Shown here one piece after another: positions 29,790 through 44,140 of a stretch of DNA of 64,000 bases; within the stretch, counting starts at the first letter, position 1, and each line of letters begins with the position of its first letter. This stretch comes from the human T2T-CHM13v2.0 reference genome, Homo sapiens. A program made the position numbers and the translations under genes. Below the pieces are notes generated by a model. That model saw only the letters and a list, made by a program, of their open reading frames with translations, was not told where the DNA came from and searched no databases. Where the stretch lies: assembly GCA_009914755.4 (NCBI GenBank), contig CP068257.2, forward strand, positions 37,088,001-37,152,000, in the 5' to 3' direction.

Positions 29790-30340
29790 ACTAGAAATTC
29801 CATCCCGGGTGTTTTTCCTCCTCAGCAACGGGCACAGGTCGTTCCAGTTTTGGCCAGGCGGTGGCGCTCGAGGCAAACGGTGTCATGAAACGGTCACTGG
29901 ATGCACTGACCCTGAAGATGCTCTCAAAGCACGAGTCCGTTCATCAGAGAGTGGACTTGACACCCATCAGAAACATTCCCGGAGTGCGTTGGTGTGAAGG
30001 TGCGAGGAGAGTCGGGGAAGCATCCCGAAGCCCTGCTAGGCGAATGGGTACTGCTGAGATTACAGGGTCAGCACAAAGCAGAATACAGGACCCGAAAATA
30101 ACAGCTGCACCGGAAGAATACTTGACCACTGTTTAAGAAGGAATTTGACGAAGAGCAGTCACCGAGTGCAGCCCTGGGCCGGCTAAAGGAAAAGAAAAAA
30201 AATCACTCAACTGCCGCTCGGCGGCGGGAATGCCAGGCGGGTCAGAGAAGGGAAACAGGGTGCTTTGCAGCCGCGGTGCAGGCGCAGGGCAACCCCCTGC
30301 CCAGCACTGAAGTCTAGAGCAGGCTCTGCGGGTAAATAGG
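29790..30340. promoter_or_regulatory. CpG island (candidate promoter or TSS region)
   Basis: CpGs are dense and non-depleted over about 550 bp ('cccgggtg','ggcggtggcgctcgagg','acgagtccgtt','gccgctcggcggcggg','gccgcggtgcaggcgcagg') in an otherwise CpG-poor, AT-rich window. A consensus 5' splice site 'aggtaagt' lies downstream at 30661-30668. Confidence 0.6.
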
Positions 30341-30988
30341 AGAAAATCCTAGTGAGCCTTATTGTGATTCAACATTTAGAATTTTCCCCCAGTTCTGACC
30401 TTGAGATTTAATAAAAGGCGTTTTCAAGTTACACTGGTTCTCTTTTCATATGGAAATGAATTTGGGGTGATTGTTTTCACTGGTGTCTTATTACTTTACG
30501 AAATTATGAGCACCCCTTTGCAAGGAAAAATACCTTCTGTCCTTTGGATTGCTGGTTAAATACGGGTAATTTTCATTCCTATTTAAATCAACTTGAAAAA
30601 ACAAAAGGAGGCCACGTAGGCAAAAGTTCGTTTTGAGGAAGGAAGTTCTCCTAAAAGCTAGGGTAAGTAGATTTTGCTTCAATCTGCATATTTTTCAAGG
30701 AAAGACTTTTAAAACGAAATGTTTCTAAAACCTGAAATTTTAAAGGCAAATACATAGTCTTTTTAATAAAGCAAAGCATATTCTGCATTCCCACCTTTTA
30801 CGAGAATAAAATAAAATATCTAGAGACAAATACATTTGGATTTGTGAAAGGAAAATAAATATTGGGACCACAAAATCACTAAGCTAAAGAGAAAAGTCAA
30901 GCTGGAAACTGCTTAGGTCAAACCTGCCTCCCATCCCTCTGCTTGCTAAGATGAATGCATATCTGCTTGCCTCATTTTAAAAAGTTAA

Positions 30989-31310
<322 letters not shown>

Positions 31311-32579
31311 TCATTTGTCTCTTAACTACCTGTGACATGGAAGCCCTGTCTCTGCTTCAAGTTGTCCTGCCTTTCCAGACCGAACCAAGATACATTTTAC
31401 ATATGTTGATCAATGTCTCATGTCTCCCTAAAATGTATAAACCCAAGCTATTGCCCCGACCACCTTGAACACATGTCGTCAGGACTTCCTGAGGCTGTAT
31501 CACTGGTGCAAATCCTTATCTATCGCAAAATAAACTTCCTAAATTGACTGAGACTTATCTCAGATAGTTGGGGTTCATAGGTTCATTTTCAATTTCTAGA
31601 GAACCTCTAATGGAGTCATAATTATAAAAGTCTCATTCCATTTCTTGGAAATTTGGGGACAGACAGAGAGAGAAGATTATGATTTACAATGGGGCAATAA
31701 GGAAGAATAATGGAAAAAAAAAAGAAAAGAAAAGATCAGCATCCCCTTCAGGAATAACTATGTTTTATGAGGCTGAGCCATGAAGCAACTAACAGAATCA
31801 TATCCCACACCTCTCCCAGTAATGCCCAAGTTCAAGACAAGCTTTGCAGTAAGAGCACCTGAGTCTGTCATTTCATGTCCTATTTTTCTGTTTCATTTTG
31901 TACCAGTCCCTGGAAAATTCTCTGTGACTTCCTTTTCCAGCACATAAGGGCTCATGTCTCTGAGAGAAGCCAAGTCCTATCCTCTCCAGATAGAATGAAA
32001 AACTAGGACTCCTCCCTACCACCCATTCAGCCCATGTGCACAGGAATTCTCTTCCTTCACTCAACTTTCCCACAACCCCCAGAGCATATGTGGATGTTGG
32101 GTTGTTATCTATTAATTGTGTGATTTGGAAAAGGGCAGCAAAATGGAAAGCATATTCCTCAAATGTGTCCTGGGGAGCTGCTTGAAAAACACCTACACAG
32201 AAAGTACAATTGACGCTCTATTTTTTCCAGCTGCACCCCTTCTTCACAACAGATGTACACTTTGGTGAAATACTGCTGGTCTGTAAAAAGGAAAGGTTTA
32301 TTTCTAAAACAGTGTAGTCATTCTCTCCAAAGTTATACCATAACCCAATTTAAAATAGGGTGGGAAGCAACCCACTGAAATTTTGAACCAGCTCTAAATT
32401 AGAGTCCAGAAAAACAAATGCCTAAATAGTTAATTACGGAAAGTCCATCCAGGCTTTGGATATCATGTACAGATCTTTCTATTTTCTTCCAAATAAAGAA
32501 TAATGAAAAGAAATCAGCGGTAGAGCATTTCTGATTAAATACCCAGAATAAATACTCTATGTAAAAAAGACAGTGTAGA

Positions 32580-32800
32580 TTCAGTGGTAGAGAATACAGT
32601 TTCTGGAAGTAGATTTCGTAGGTCCAAATCCCAACACTTCAATTTACTAGAGTGGTGACCTTGGGCAAGTCATTCAACCTTTCGGTGACTCAATTTCCTA
32701 ACCTCCAAAGTAGACATAAGAAAATTGCCTCTTGAGATAGCTGTGTGGTATGGGTTGATACTTGTGAAGTATTTGGGATAGGTTCTGTGCTAGGAAAATA
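32580..32800 (+). mobile_element. MIR SINE
   Basis: The segment 'gtccaaatcccaacacttcaatttactagagtggtgaccttgggcaagtcattcaacctttcggtgactcaatttcctaacctccaaagtagacataag' matches the MIR core. Confidence 0.6.
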
Positions 32801-33120
32801 TAAACTGCTCAGCGTATTTTACCATATTATTGTTCCTTTTAACTGATCACTTTTTCTCAACACACAGGTAAAATACTTTACTTTCATCATGTTTCAACAG
32901 CCACGTCTAAAATACCATGTTCTGTAGGGTTTTCAAAACTGTATGTCACTTCACTAGCAAGAAGGGTAAAATGGCTATATGATTTGGAGACGTTCCATAC
33001 AATAAGCATAAAACTGTTAATATTTTTAATATGTTTTGATGTTCTTGGAAACAATCTAAATATCCTACAACAGGGAAATAGGAAACGGTTAAGAAAGTTA
33101 TGGAAGACGGCCATATGTTA

Positions 33121-33455
33121 TGGGCGCACTGGCTCAAATCTATAATCCTAGCACTTTGAGAGGCCCAGGTGGGTGGATTACTTGAGGTCGGAAGTTCTAG
33201 ACCAGCCTGGCCAATATGGTGAAACCCCGTCTCTACTAAAAATACAAAAATTAGCCAGGTGTGGTGGCACGCACCTGTAATCCCAGCTACTTGGGAGACT
33301 GAGGCAGGAGAATTGCTTCAACCTGGGAGGCAGAGGTTGCGGTGAGCCAAGATCTCACCACTGCACTCCAGACCAGGCAACAGAGCAAGACTACATCTCA
33401 AAAAAAAAAAAGAAAGAAAGAAAGAAAAAGAAAAAATAAAAAAAAAAAGAAAAGA
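33121..33455 (+). mobile_element. Alu SINE with (gaaa)n/A-rich tail
   Basis: Head 'gggcgcactggctcaaatctataatcctagcactttgagaggcccagg' and a long A/GAAA tail. Confidence 0.9.
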
Positions 33456-33740
33456 AGTTGCAGAAGGGGCAGAGGATTTAAATAATACAAATAAATGCTT
33501 GTGGTGTGTCAAGTGAAGCAAAAAGTGTAAATATTTTACAAGTGGTAAACTCTCAGATTATAAAATGGATAGGGATCGACTGAAAGTAATATGCTAAAAT
33601 GCTACTAATGGCTTCTGCAAGTGGTGGAAAGTGGGTACTTTTTGTTTTCTCAGTTCTACTTTTACTGACTTGCCAAATTTTTCACAAGATTGACTGAGCA
33701 CTTACTCTGGGCAAAGCACAGCTCTAAGTGTTTCACATGT

Positions 33741-34535
33741 GTTAGTCCATTTGTGCTGCTATAATAAAACACCACAGACTGAATAATGTATAAAGAACAG
33801 AAATTTACTTCTCATGGTTCTGAAGGCTGGAACGTCCAAGACGGAGGTGCTGGCGGGTTTGGTGTCCAGTAAGGGCTCCTCTCTTGGCTTCCAAGATGGT
33901 GCCTTGTTGCTTTCTCTGGAGGGGTCTTCTATGGCAGAAGGGATGGAAAGGCCAAAAGGGCCTAAACTAGTCCCCGCCAGGCCTTTTATAAGGTACTAAT
34001 CTATTCTAATCCACTGGGATTTAATCACATCCCCAAAGGCCTCATCTCTCAATGCCATTGATATGGTTTCGCTGTGTCCCCACCCAAATCTCACCTTAAA
34101 TTTTAATAATTCCCGTGTGTCAAGGGCAGGTGGAGATAATTGAATCACGGAGGCAATTTCTCTCACACTGTTCTCGTGATAGTGAATAAGTCTTATTAAT
34201 TGAATCACAGGGGCAATTTCTGTCATACTCTTCCCGTGGTAGTGAATAAGTCTCATGAGATCTGATGGTTTTATAAATAGGAGTTCCCCTCCACAAGCTC
34301 TCTTGCCTGCTGCCATGTAAGACGTGCCTTTCTCCTCCTTTGCCTTCTGCCATGATTATGAGGCCTCCCCAGCCATGTGAAACTGTGAGTCCATTAAATC
34401 ACTTTTTCTTTATAAATTACCCAGTCTTGGGTATGTCTTTATTAGCAGTGTGAGAACAGACTAACACAGCCATCAAAGTGGGATTAAGCTGCTACATGGA
34501 TTTTAGAGGAGACACATTTAAACCATAGCAACATA
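33741..34535 (-). mobile_element. MLT1-like MaLR LTR carrying a nested THE1/MST-like LTR
   Basis: The 5' piece is 'gttagtccatttgtgctgctataataaaacaccacagactgaataatgtataaagaacagaaatttacttctcatggttctgaaggctggaacgtccaagacggaggtg...'. The 3' piece after the insertion is 'gggattaagctgctacatggattttagaggagacacatttaaaccatagca'. Confidence 0.55.
34059..34468 (+). mobile_element. Solitary MaLR LTR (THE1/MST-like) with an internal 58-bp tandem duplication
   Basis: Starts 'tgatatggtttcgctgtgtccccacccaaatctcaccttaaatt' and ends '...tttataaattacccagtcttgggtatgtctttattagcagtgtgagaacagactaacaca'. The units 34139-34196 and 34199-34256 are about 85% identical. Confidence 0.8.
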
Positions 34536-36232
34536 TATTAATTTATTTCTCTCTCGCAGAGGCCATTTTACTTAGGTGGTTTATTTTTGCCATTTTACAG
34601 ATGGAAAAAAGAAGAGAGAGTGAGAACAAGTAAACTCCCCACAGCTCTATCCTTGGTAAGTGAGGTAGCCAAGATTCTGAAGCAGGCTTCTGACTCCAGA
34701 GTGCTCCTAACCACCAGTCTACACTGCCTCTTTACATACACATCACTTCGAAATAAGAAAAAAAGTTCATTTTAAAGAAAAAAGAACTTAATTTTGCCAG
34801 ACAAATAATTTGACAAAATATGATATTTACTTTAGAATACATTATTCATACATATTATGGATTTAGTCTTCATGCAGCCCAATATAGTATCTGAAACATA
34901 TTAGATTTCTATGGCTTGTTTTGATTTTTCTGAAACACTATTTCTTTCGAATTTCTTTGGTGAAAGTAACTTCTAAAAATACAAATCCAGATTTACCCTC
35001 TAAACAAACACAAAGGACATAAATCTTATTACATTAAAAGAAATGTACTTCTAAAGCATATTTGGATGAGGATATATTGAAATATGTCTCTGCAATTCAT
35101 ATCTGGAAATGGCCCTGTGGAGAAGAGAATTACAGGATGAGTAGGTAATGAGGACTGACTTCTACTTATTTAAGAATCATAAGGCTTCATTAAATTCCAA
35201 GGTTTACTTCATTTTCTATCTTCTTTAAACATCAAGTTTAAGAATTTGAACCAAGAAGTAGAAGAAAATAATTATTTATTTAAAAATATATTTAATCTAA
35301 CATCATAAGTGAAGCATAGCAAAGTCTTAAAAAAAAATTGCGGCAAATTGGTCTGAGAGTCCACCATTATGACAGATTACAATGACCAAGGGCATTCGCC
35401 TCTGTCAATTGATATTCTAATGTCTTCATTCAGCAAATATTTACTGGACATCTTCCATTGTGCCAGCCACGGATCTAAGATTTAAAAGCATTTGGCAAAT
35501 TCTTTTTTGAATTGCCTACTCAGTCTACAGAGTCTACAGATGTTTAGACCTAAGGAAACCAGACATCAGGGATATGTTGAACCTTCCAGTGTCAACCCTG
35601 GACAAAGCTTTCCTTTGAAAAGGTAAATGGGAAGCATAAAGAATTCTCCTTGAAAAATCTTGGTAGACGATGGCACAAAGTAGGTGAGGGTTTGGATGGT
35701 GATGGGGGGAGAAGCCTAGCAACTGAGTTTATGAAAGATTCTGGGAAAGCCTTACCCATTCAATGTGCCAGAAATAAACCTAAAATAAGTGGCACCATTC
35801 AAGCAATGACATTTTGAGAATTAAAACATAGCCAAGTCTGAAAGCAGGACACACCATCACTAACTCAGGAGAACCTTGACATGAAACAATGCCCCCCTGC
35901 CTTTCCTCTTGCTTCTCTTTGCCTGTTTGTTTAATCAAATTACGCTACAGCCATCCTACAACTGCACAGTGATTTCTGAAAGGACTCCACTGGAGTTCAT
36001 TCCATTTGCATCAGTCAAAGAAGCTGTCTTTCCCTTCAAATTGCCTTCCCTATAGCCTTCAAAATTGGAACAAGGGATGGCTTTTGTCTTCCAGCCTTAC
36101 CAGGAAGATGAAAGTGAAACAGTTCCCTTCTCTCTGCAGCCGGTCTGCACACGATGATCTGCCCAGGAAACTGTAGGTATATTGTAAACTATTACTGCTC
36201 TGTAGATAAAAAATGGTTGTGGTGAGATGCCA

Positions 36233-36556
36233 AGAAGTCTTTATTTATATATTTATATATATATTTATATATATTTTTATATATTTATATTTATATATAT
36301 TTATATATAAATATATACATTTTTATATAATTATATTTTTATATAATTATATTTATATATAAAATGTATTTTATATATAATGTATTTTATATATAATATA
36401 TAAATATATTTATCTATATTTATATATTTATATATATATATTTATATATTTATTTGTATATACATTTATATATTTATTTATACATATATTTTTATATACA
36501 TTTATATATTTATTTATACATATATATTTATATATTTATATATATAAAGTCTTTAT
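36233..36556. repeat. AT-only minisatellite (TATATATTTA-like units)
   Basis: About 320 bp is composed almost entirely of A and T in degenerate 8-12-bp units. It is bracketed by the direct repeat 'aagtctttat'. Confidence 0.95.
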
Positions 36557-36569
36557 ATATCTGGTTTCC

Positions 36570-36655
36570 TCTCAATCTCTCTCTTTCTTTCCTTCTTTCT
36601 TTCTTTTCTTCTTTCCCATTTTCCTTCCTTCTCTCCTTCCTTGCTCCAGATTTAA
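36570..36655. repeat. (CTTT)n/(CCTT)n polypyrimidine microsatellite
   Basis: The tract reads 'ctctcaatctctctctttctttccttctttctttcttttcttctttcccattttccttccttctctccttccttgctcc'. Confidence 0.9.
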
Positions 36656-38751
36656 CATTAAAACTCACATGATGCCACAAGTTTGAGCACAACATGTCTA
36701 AGAACAAGTTCTTAGGAGATGCGCCTGGGCCCCAAGAAGCACAATGATGATGTGCTCCTGGGCCTGGAATCTCAAGGCTCAAGGAGCTCCATGGTCCTGA
36801 CCCAGGTGATGAGGAGGAAAGCTCTCCACTCCATCAGGCCTCTAATTCCACACCTGGAAAAAAGAAAGACGAATTGGACCAGAGTCTCCCCAAGTCTCCT
36901 CTCGTTCTTAACTTGTAGTTCTAGAATAATGGAATGTCGGGAGCCCACGAAAGCTGCCTTCCTCCAACAAATGTGCACTGGGGTAGACCCCTCCTTCTTT
37001 CCACCCTGCTGGGTTGTACTCAGAAGCATCTCTGCTCTTGGCTCTCCTTAACCATGCTATGGCCAACCACACCCTCCCTGAAGGATGGTGGTATGAGTCG
37101 CTCACCATCAACAGCTCCCACCTTCCTCTTGGGTTCTTCAGCAGCTTCTTAAAGTCCCTGGCAAGAGGAGAGAGAACCTAATACTTATCCATCAATGTAA
37201 TGGGTATATAGGAATGAGATGTAATCACCTTTATACATTCATAATTTAATCCTCCCAGCAGCCCAATGAAAGCCAATCAACCATTCATGGATCCAACAAA
37301 TATTTCAGAGCCTATTTCTTGTGTGGTTGGCAGTGGGGCCTGCGTCTCCAATGGGGACACAGTAGAGCTGAACTGCCATCCAGGAGGTGACTCTCAATCA
37401 GGAAACAGGAAACAAGAGAGCACACAAATAAAAAGATAGCAGGAAGGGAGGTGCCCTTAAATTAAGTGAAGGGGCACCTTAAAGGGAAGGGGCATTAAGT
37501 AAGAGATCTGAGGGGTTGAGGAAACCAACATTGCAGGTGAGGGTACAGGCCAAGGACTCAGGGAGCCTGGTGATCTCAGGCTCAAAACCTTAGTGTGGCT
37601 GGAACTAAGGGGGAAGAAAAACATTACAACATCCCCAAGGTAGGCAGGGCCTCAGATGCTGGGCAGCAAATGTGGGTTTTATCCTGAGTACAAAGAGCAG
37701 TCATCTGCCAAGGAGCCCAGTGCTGCTTCCACTGCAAATATCTAGGTTCCAAGAGCCCCTCAACCCTTCTCCTCCCTGGACAAAGATCCACCCTCAAGCT
37801 ACTTCTCATATCATTCGCTTGCATGTCGCTGACTCTCAAGCATGCTCCTGGTCATATCTGGGACTTGTTCTTCAAGTCTTATCTTTTATTGTAGCACAAA
37901 ACCTTTTGGCCTCCGTTATGCAAATTCGAGATACCAGTCATTTGAGGAAGAAGTAGAGAAGGGAGGGAAAACAGGGTCATCTTCCCCAGCTGCCCTAACT
38001 CGTTTCTGCAAAAGACTAATGTGTTTCCAAACTCTCCAAGCACAAGAGCTCCCAAGCAATTACTTTAGGGAAGCCAATGATAAATTTACATTGAATTGCT
38101 GGGTTTATGAAACGATAGTGTTTCCACAAGTGTAGACTGCAGAAGTTTTGAGAGGTATCAAAACTTATTACATAAAGGTTTGGCAATATGGAGTTTATAG
38201 AAATTAAGTAGGTCTCTTGACTATAGGACTTCTCAGACCTTAATCGGCAACTGCAGGGCAGGAGTCTCTGGATCATCATGGCAGCTATGTTGGTCCCATG
38301 TCCCTGGACTCTGCTGGTCTGCTTTCTCGTCTCTATCTAGAGTACTATATAAGTACTAGGAAGGCAGAGATTGTATCTTAAATATTGCATGTCTTGAATG
38401 GTGTCTCAAGCATAGTGAGATCTCAATTATTAACAAATACTTATTAATAAATAAATGAAGGAGTCACCAGCAGGTGATTATTTTCCAAACTTCTCATATT
38501 TTTTTCATGGAACACATCTTTGGACTCTTGCTAAAGAACAGACCCCTTAGGAATGCTTCTAAGGAATGCTGCTTCAGGAAAAAATGACAACAAAACTATG
38601 ATGTGTACAGGTTCTTTACCTAATATGGAAGAACCTAGAATTCATTATTATATTTGGTACTTTTTTCTTGTAGGGAACTTGTGTCCTCTAAAATTTATTT
38701 AAACTAAAAATGTCATCGTCATCATCAGTCAAGATAGCCATCTTGCTTTGT

Positions 38752-38958
38752 TTCTCTGTCTCTCTCTCTCTCATTCTCTCTCTCTGTCTCTCTCTCTCTC
38801 TCTCATTCTCTCTCTATCTCTCTCATTCTCTCTCTCTCTGTCTCTCTCTCTCACTCTCTCTCTGTCTCTCTCATTCTCTCTCTCTGTCTCTCTTTCTCAT
38901 TCTCTCTCTCTCATTCTCTCTCTCTCTCATTCTCTCTCTCATTCTCTCTCTCTCTCAT

Positions 38959-38991
<33 letters not shown>

Positions 38992-39145
38992 GTCTCTCTC
39001 TGTCTCTCTCTCTGTCTCTCTCTGTCTCTGTCTCTCTCTCTGTCTCTCTGTCTCTCTCTGTCTCTGTCTCTCTCTCTGTCTGTCTCTGTCTCTCTCTCTG
39101 TCTGTCTCTGTCTCTCTCTCTCATTCTCTCATTCTCTGTCTCTTC
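38752..39145. repeat. ~400-bp imperfect (TC)n tract with periodic 'cattc' and 'tgtc' interruptions
   Basis: The motif 'tctctgtctctctctctctcattctctctctctgtctc...' runs throughout. It is the source of the LS-rich ORFs 38710-39189 and 38748-39182. Confidence 0.95.
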
Positions 39146-39311
39146 CACACACACTCACCTACACAATGATGCATGGCCATAATTATTAAAAATTATTTTC
39201 AGATTAGAAAATTCAGAGAAGAAAACAACTATTGGGAATCCCACCAGTTAAAATGTTGGCATTTTTCTTTCTCCTGGTCTTCCTTCTTTGCTTTTTGTTC
39301 TGAAATCATGC

Positions 39312-39607
<296 letters not shown>

Positions 39608-40280
39608 CCAAATCACGCTTTTCATGCACACACTGGACATGCCATGGGAGGGATCTACCAGATACCTTCCTCCCTTCTCTCAGAAGCCCGGTGTGCTCTG
39701 CATGCCCGCAGCCCCATTCTTGGGCCAATCCAAAGCGGCTCCTTTTGCATGAGGAACTGACCAGAGGCACGCTGGAGCCACTGAGCCAAGCTGGCTTGAG
39801 CTTCCTGCATACCTGGGCATCTCAAAGGCTGGAAGCTGCTCTTGAGAGTGAATTTCCTATAAGCTAAAACCCTCCCACTGCAAAAAGATCCGTCTTTTCC
39901 CCACCACGGTAAAAAAAAACGTAATTCCTTTTCCTTCTTTCTTATTCTGCGTATAGTATAATGTCTTTAAAAGCTGTTGCAAAAGTAACTGCTCGATATG
40001 TCACTCCAGGACACTAATTGTTTAGTGGGAACACACATTTCCTGAATTCATTGCAGGGTTATAGGTCAGTTGATTTATTATTATTTGTGCAAAAGTAAAT
40101 GGCTTTTGAAGTGAAGCTGCTTCCTGGCAACAGAGGACGATCCCAGCCCTCGGAGTGTGCGTCTGCAGCTTACGACCGGACGCATCCCGGGACAGGGCTG
40201 TGGTCCTTCACAGCACCTGTCTGGGTCTGGCCCTCTCACATTGCAAACTTCGCAAAGACCTGAACAACTGAGGCAGCTAA

Positions 40281-40617
<337 letters not shown>

Positions 40618-41291
40618 CCTGCTCACTCTTGACAGAGTGAACAAGCACTCCTCCCCCCTCCCCAAAACACTGAATCCCAGCATTCCCAACGTGCAAGCAA
40701 GCCTTTCACAGAAAAGCGTTACAATCTTATAATTAAATTAGGTGCTTGTGGGAAACAGCACAATTAAAACCAGAAAATAATTTAGGAAGATTAAACCCAT
40801 TAAGGTAGGACTTTTCTTCTTTAGTGGAGAGGAAATACAATTAGGTGAACTAACTTATTAAAAACACCTACACAGATATCTAAATATCTCCCAAATGCAC
40901 TGAAATGCTTTGCTCCCTGTGAGGCAGAAAGACTCCACTTCCTTTTCTGCCAAATCAAATTAGAAAGCCCAACTCAATGATTCCCCAGGAGAAATATTTA
41001 CACCTCAAAATAGATTGAAGGAAATCTAATCTGAAGCTGCCCAGAAATTACTACAGAACTAAGTTATTTCTGTCATTTTAGGGTGGTAAGCTCATGATTT
41101 CATGATAAGAGCACCCATTCTATCACCTAAATTTATATAAACCTTGAAGAATAAACACGGGGTAGAGATCTACTTTTCAGGATATGGACAGAAAAGTTCT
41201 TGTGGTCTTACGTAATTACAATATAAAAATGGGTATAGATATGACCTGACACATTATACAATAGATCATTTAGGTATAATGTAGACTTAAT

Positions 41292-41630
<339 letters not shown>

Positions 41631-41928
41631 TTAACGATATATATATATAGGAACAGTTATAGCCAGATGTTCTCAGAGTTTGACGGTTGGAGAAATATAA
41701 CAGTGATTAAAAGCTTCACCTTTGGAGTCAGATGAACTTGGATCTAACATGGCCATAAGCATGTTAAATCTGTCTCTAAATTTTAGCCTCCACATCTGTA
41801 AAATGGAGATTCTAGAACCACCTTTGAGGAATGTTATGGGGATTGGATAAGGCCATACCTATTGTTTGCTCAGCAGTGCCCTGGTACTTAGGAAATGCCC
41901 ATAGTCACTATTTTAAATAGTAAAAATA

Positions 41929-42392
<464 letters not shown>

Positions 42393-42406
42393 TTTTGGTA
42401 ATGTGC

Positions 42407-42776
42407 TGATATGGTATGGCTCTGTGTCCCCACCCAAATCTCATCTTGAATTGTAATCCTCTTGTGTCAAGGGAGGGGCCTGGTGGGAGGTGATTGGATC
42501 ATGGGGACGGTTTCCTCCATGCTGTTCTTGTGATAGTGAGTGAGTTCTCATGAGATCTGATGGTTTTTTAAAAGTGGTATTTTCTCCTTCGCTCTCTCTC
42601 TCTCTCCTGCCGCCATGTAAAACATGCCTGCTTCCCCTTTGCCTTCCACCATGATTATAAGTTTCCTGAGGCCTTCCCAGCTTTGTGGAACTGTGAGTCA
42701 ATCAGACCTCTTTTCTTTCTAAATTACCCAGTCTCAGACAATCCTTTATACCAGTGTGAGACTGGACTAATACACA
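42407..42776 (+). mobile_element. Solitary MaLR LTR (MST/THE1-like)
   Basis: Starts 'tgatatggtatggctctgtgtccccacccaaatctcatcttgaattgtaatcctcttgtgtcaagggaggggcctggtgggaggtgattggatcatgggg' and ends '...ctaaattacccagtctcagacaatcctttataccagtgtgagactggactaatacaca'. Confidence 0.8.
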
Positions 42777-43105
42777 CACCAGTGTCATACGTCCAGTACA
42801 TGGCTAGGCCTGCATAGAAACCCCTCATTCCTGAACCACATGATAAGAGCTTAGATCATTTCTTTGGTAGGTGGGAAAGGTGGTCTCCAGAGCAAAGAAG
42901 CAGCACTAGTACCCCAGTTCACGACCACATTTCAAAAAGCAGTGTCATGTACTCCTGTCATCACTGTTCACTGTTAGATAATAAAGGTATGCAGTCTTTG
43001 CTTTGGTCCCATGTGCGGAAATTTCAGATGGAAGCTGAACCAGACTTAGAAACGTAGGACAAGTCACCAATGCCTAGAAAGATGCTTTAGTAGTGTACAT
43101 CTCCC

Positions 43106-43515
43106 TCAGTTCATTCTCACATTGCTATAAAGAAATACCGGAGACTGGGTAATTTATAAAGAAAAGAGGTTTCATTGGCTCACCGTTCCACAGGCTGCAC
43201 AGGAAGCATGGCAGCATCTGCTCCACTCCGGAGGAGGCCTCAGGAAACTTTCAATCACGGCAGAAGGCAAAAGGGAAGCAAGCACATCGTATGTGGCAGG
43301 GACATGTGGAGGAGAGAGGTGCTGGTAAACACTTTTGAACAACCAAATCTCGTGAGAACTCACTCACTATACAGTGCCAAAGAGGGATAGTGCTAAGCCA
43401 TTCATGAGAACTCCACCCCCACGACCCATTCGCCTCCCACCAGGTCCCACCTTCAGCACTGGGGATTACAATTCAACATGAGATTTGGGTGGGGACACAG
43501 ATGCAAACCATATCA
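43106..43515 (-). mobile_element. Solitary MaLR LTR (MST/THE1-like), opposite orientation to the 42407 copy
   Basis: Starts 'ctcagttcattctcacattgctataaagaaataccggagactgggtaatttataaagaaaagaggtttcattggctcaccgttccacaggctgcacaggaagcatggc' and ends '...attcaacatgagatttgggtggggacacagatgcaaaccatatca'. Confidence 0.8.
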
Positions 43516-44106
43516 ACATCATAGGATGAGAAGAAGCAGCCAGGCATTTTTTGAACTACTCTTGATAAATTCTTTACAGATAAATAAAACACTTTAATGT
43601 TTGGAACGTTTCAATCACAGTGTATGAAACGAATGTTAGTTACTCCATTTCTTTTTATTTCCCTGTACTGTACATTTATAACTGACGCTAAGACAACCTT
43701 GAATGTTTGGACAAAATGGTTTAAAGGTCACAGAACACTCACAAATTTCCCGTTAATTATTAAAACTGTTTTGCCCAGTTTCAGCTTGCACCGTCAGTTT
43801 TATGGCCCTGCTGTAAGGTGTAAATGCTATATTTGTTAAGTGTCTATACATGTGGAGTGTGTTCATTTCCTACAAGGCTGATCACAATGCTAGATGAAAG
43901 TGTGCCCCTCCCCTGCTCCTCAGACCCTGGTGGGTTCTGCTTCTCCATGCATTCTGGGCTGGCTTCCATCTCCAGAAGTGATTCTTCTCCTGTGCTCCCC
44001 TTCCTTACACTCCCTAGTAATGGCTTAGCTACACAGCCTTCCTGCCTCTCAGTCTCGTTCCTGCCTCCACTTCCTCCTGAAGCTCCTGAAACAAACCCAG
44101 GCTATT

Positions 44107-44108
<2 letters not shown>

Positions 44109-44140
<32 letters not shown>

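Noticed and set aside
38710-39189. 159-aa and 144-aa leucine/serine-rich ORFs.
   Set aside because: They are translations of the 400-bp (TC)n tract.
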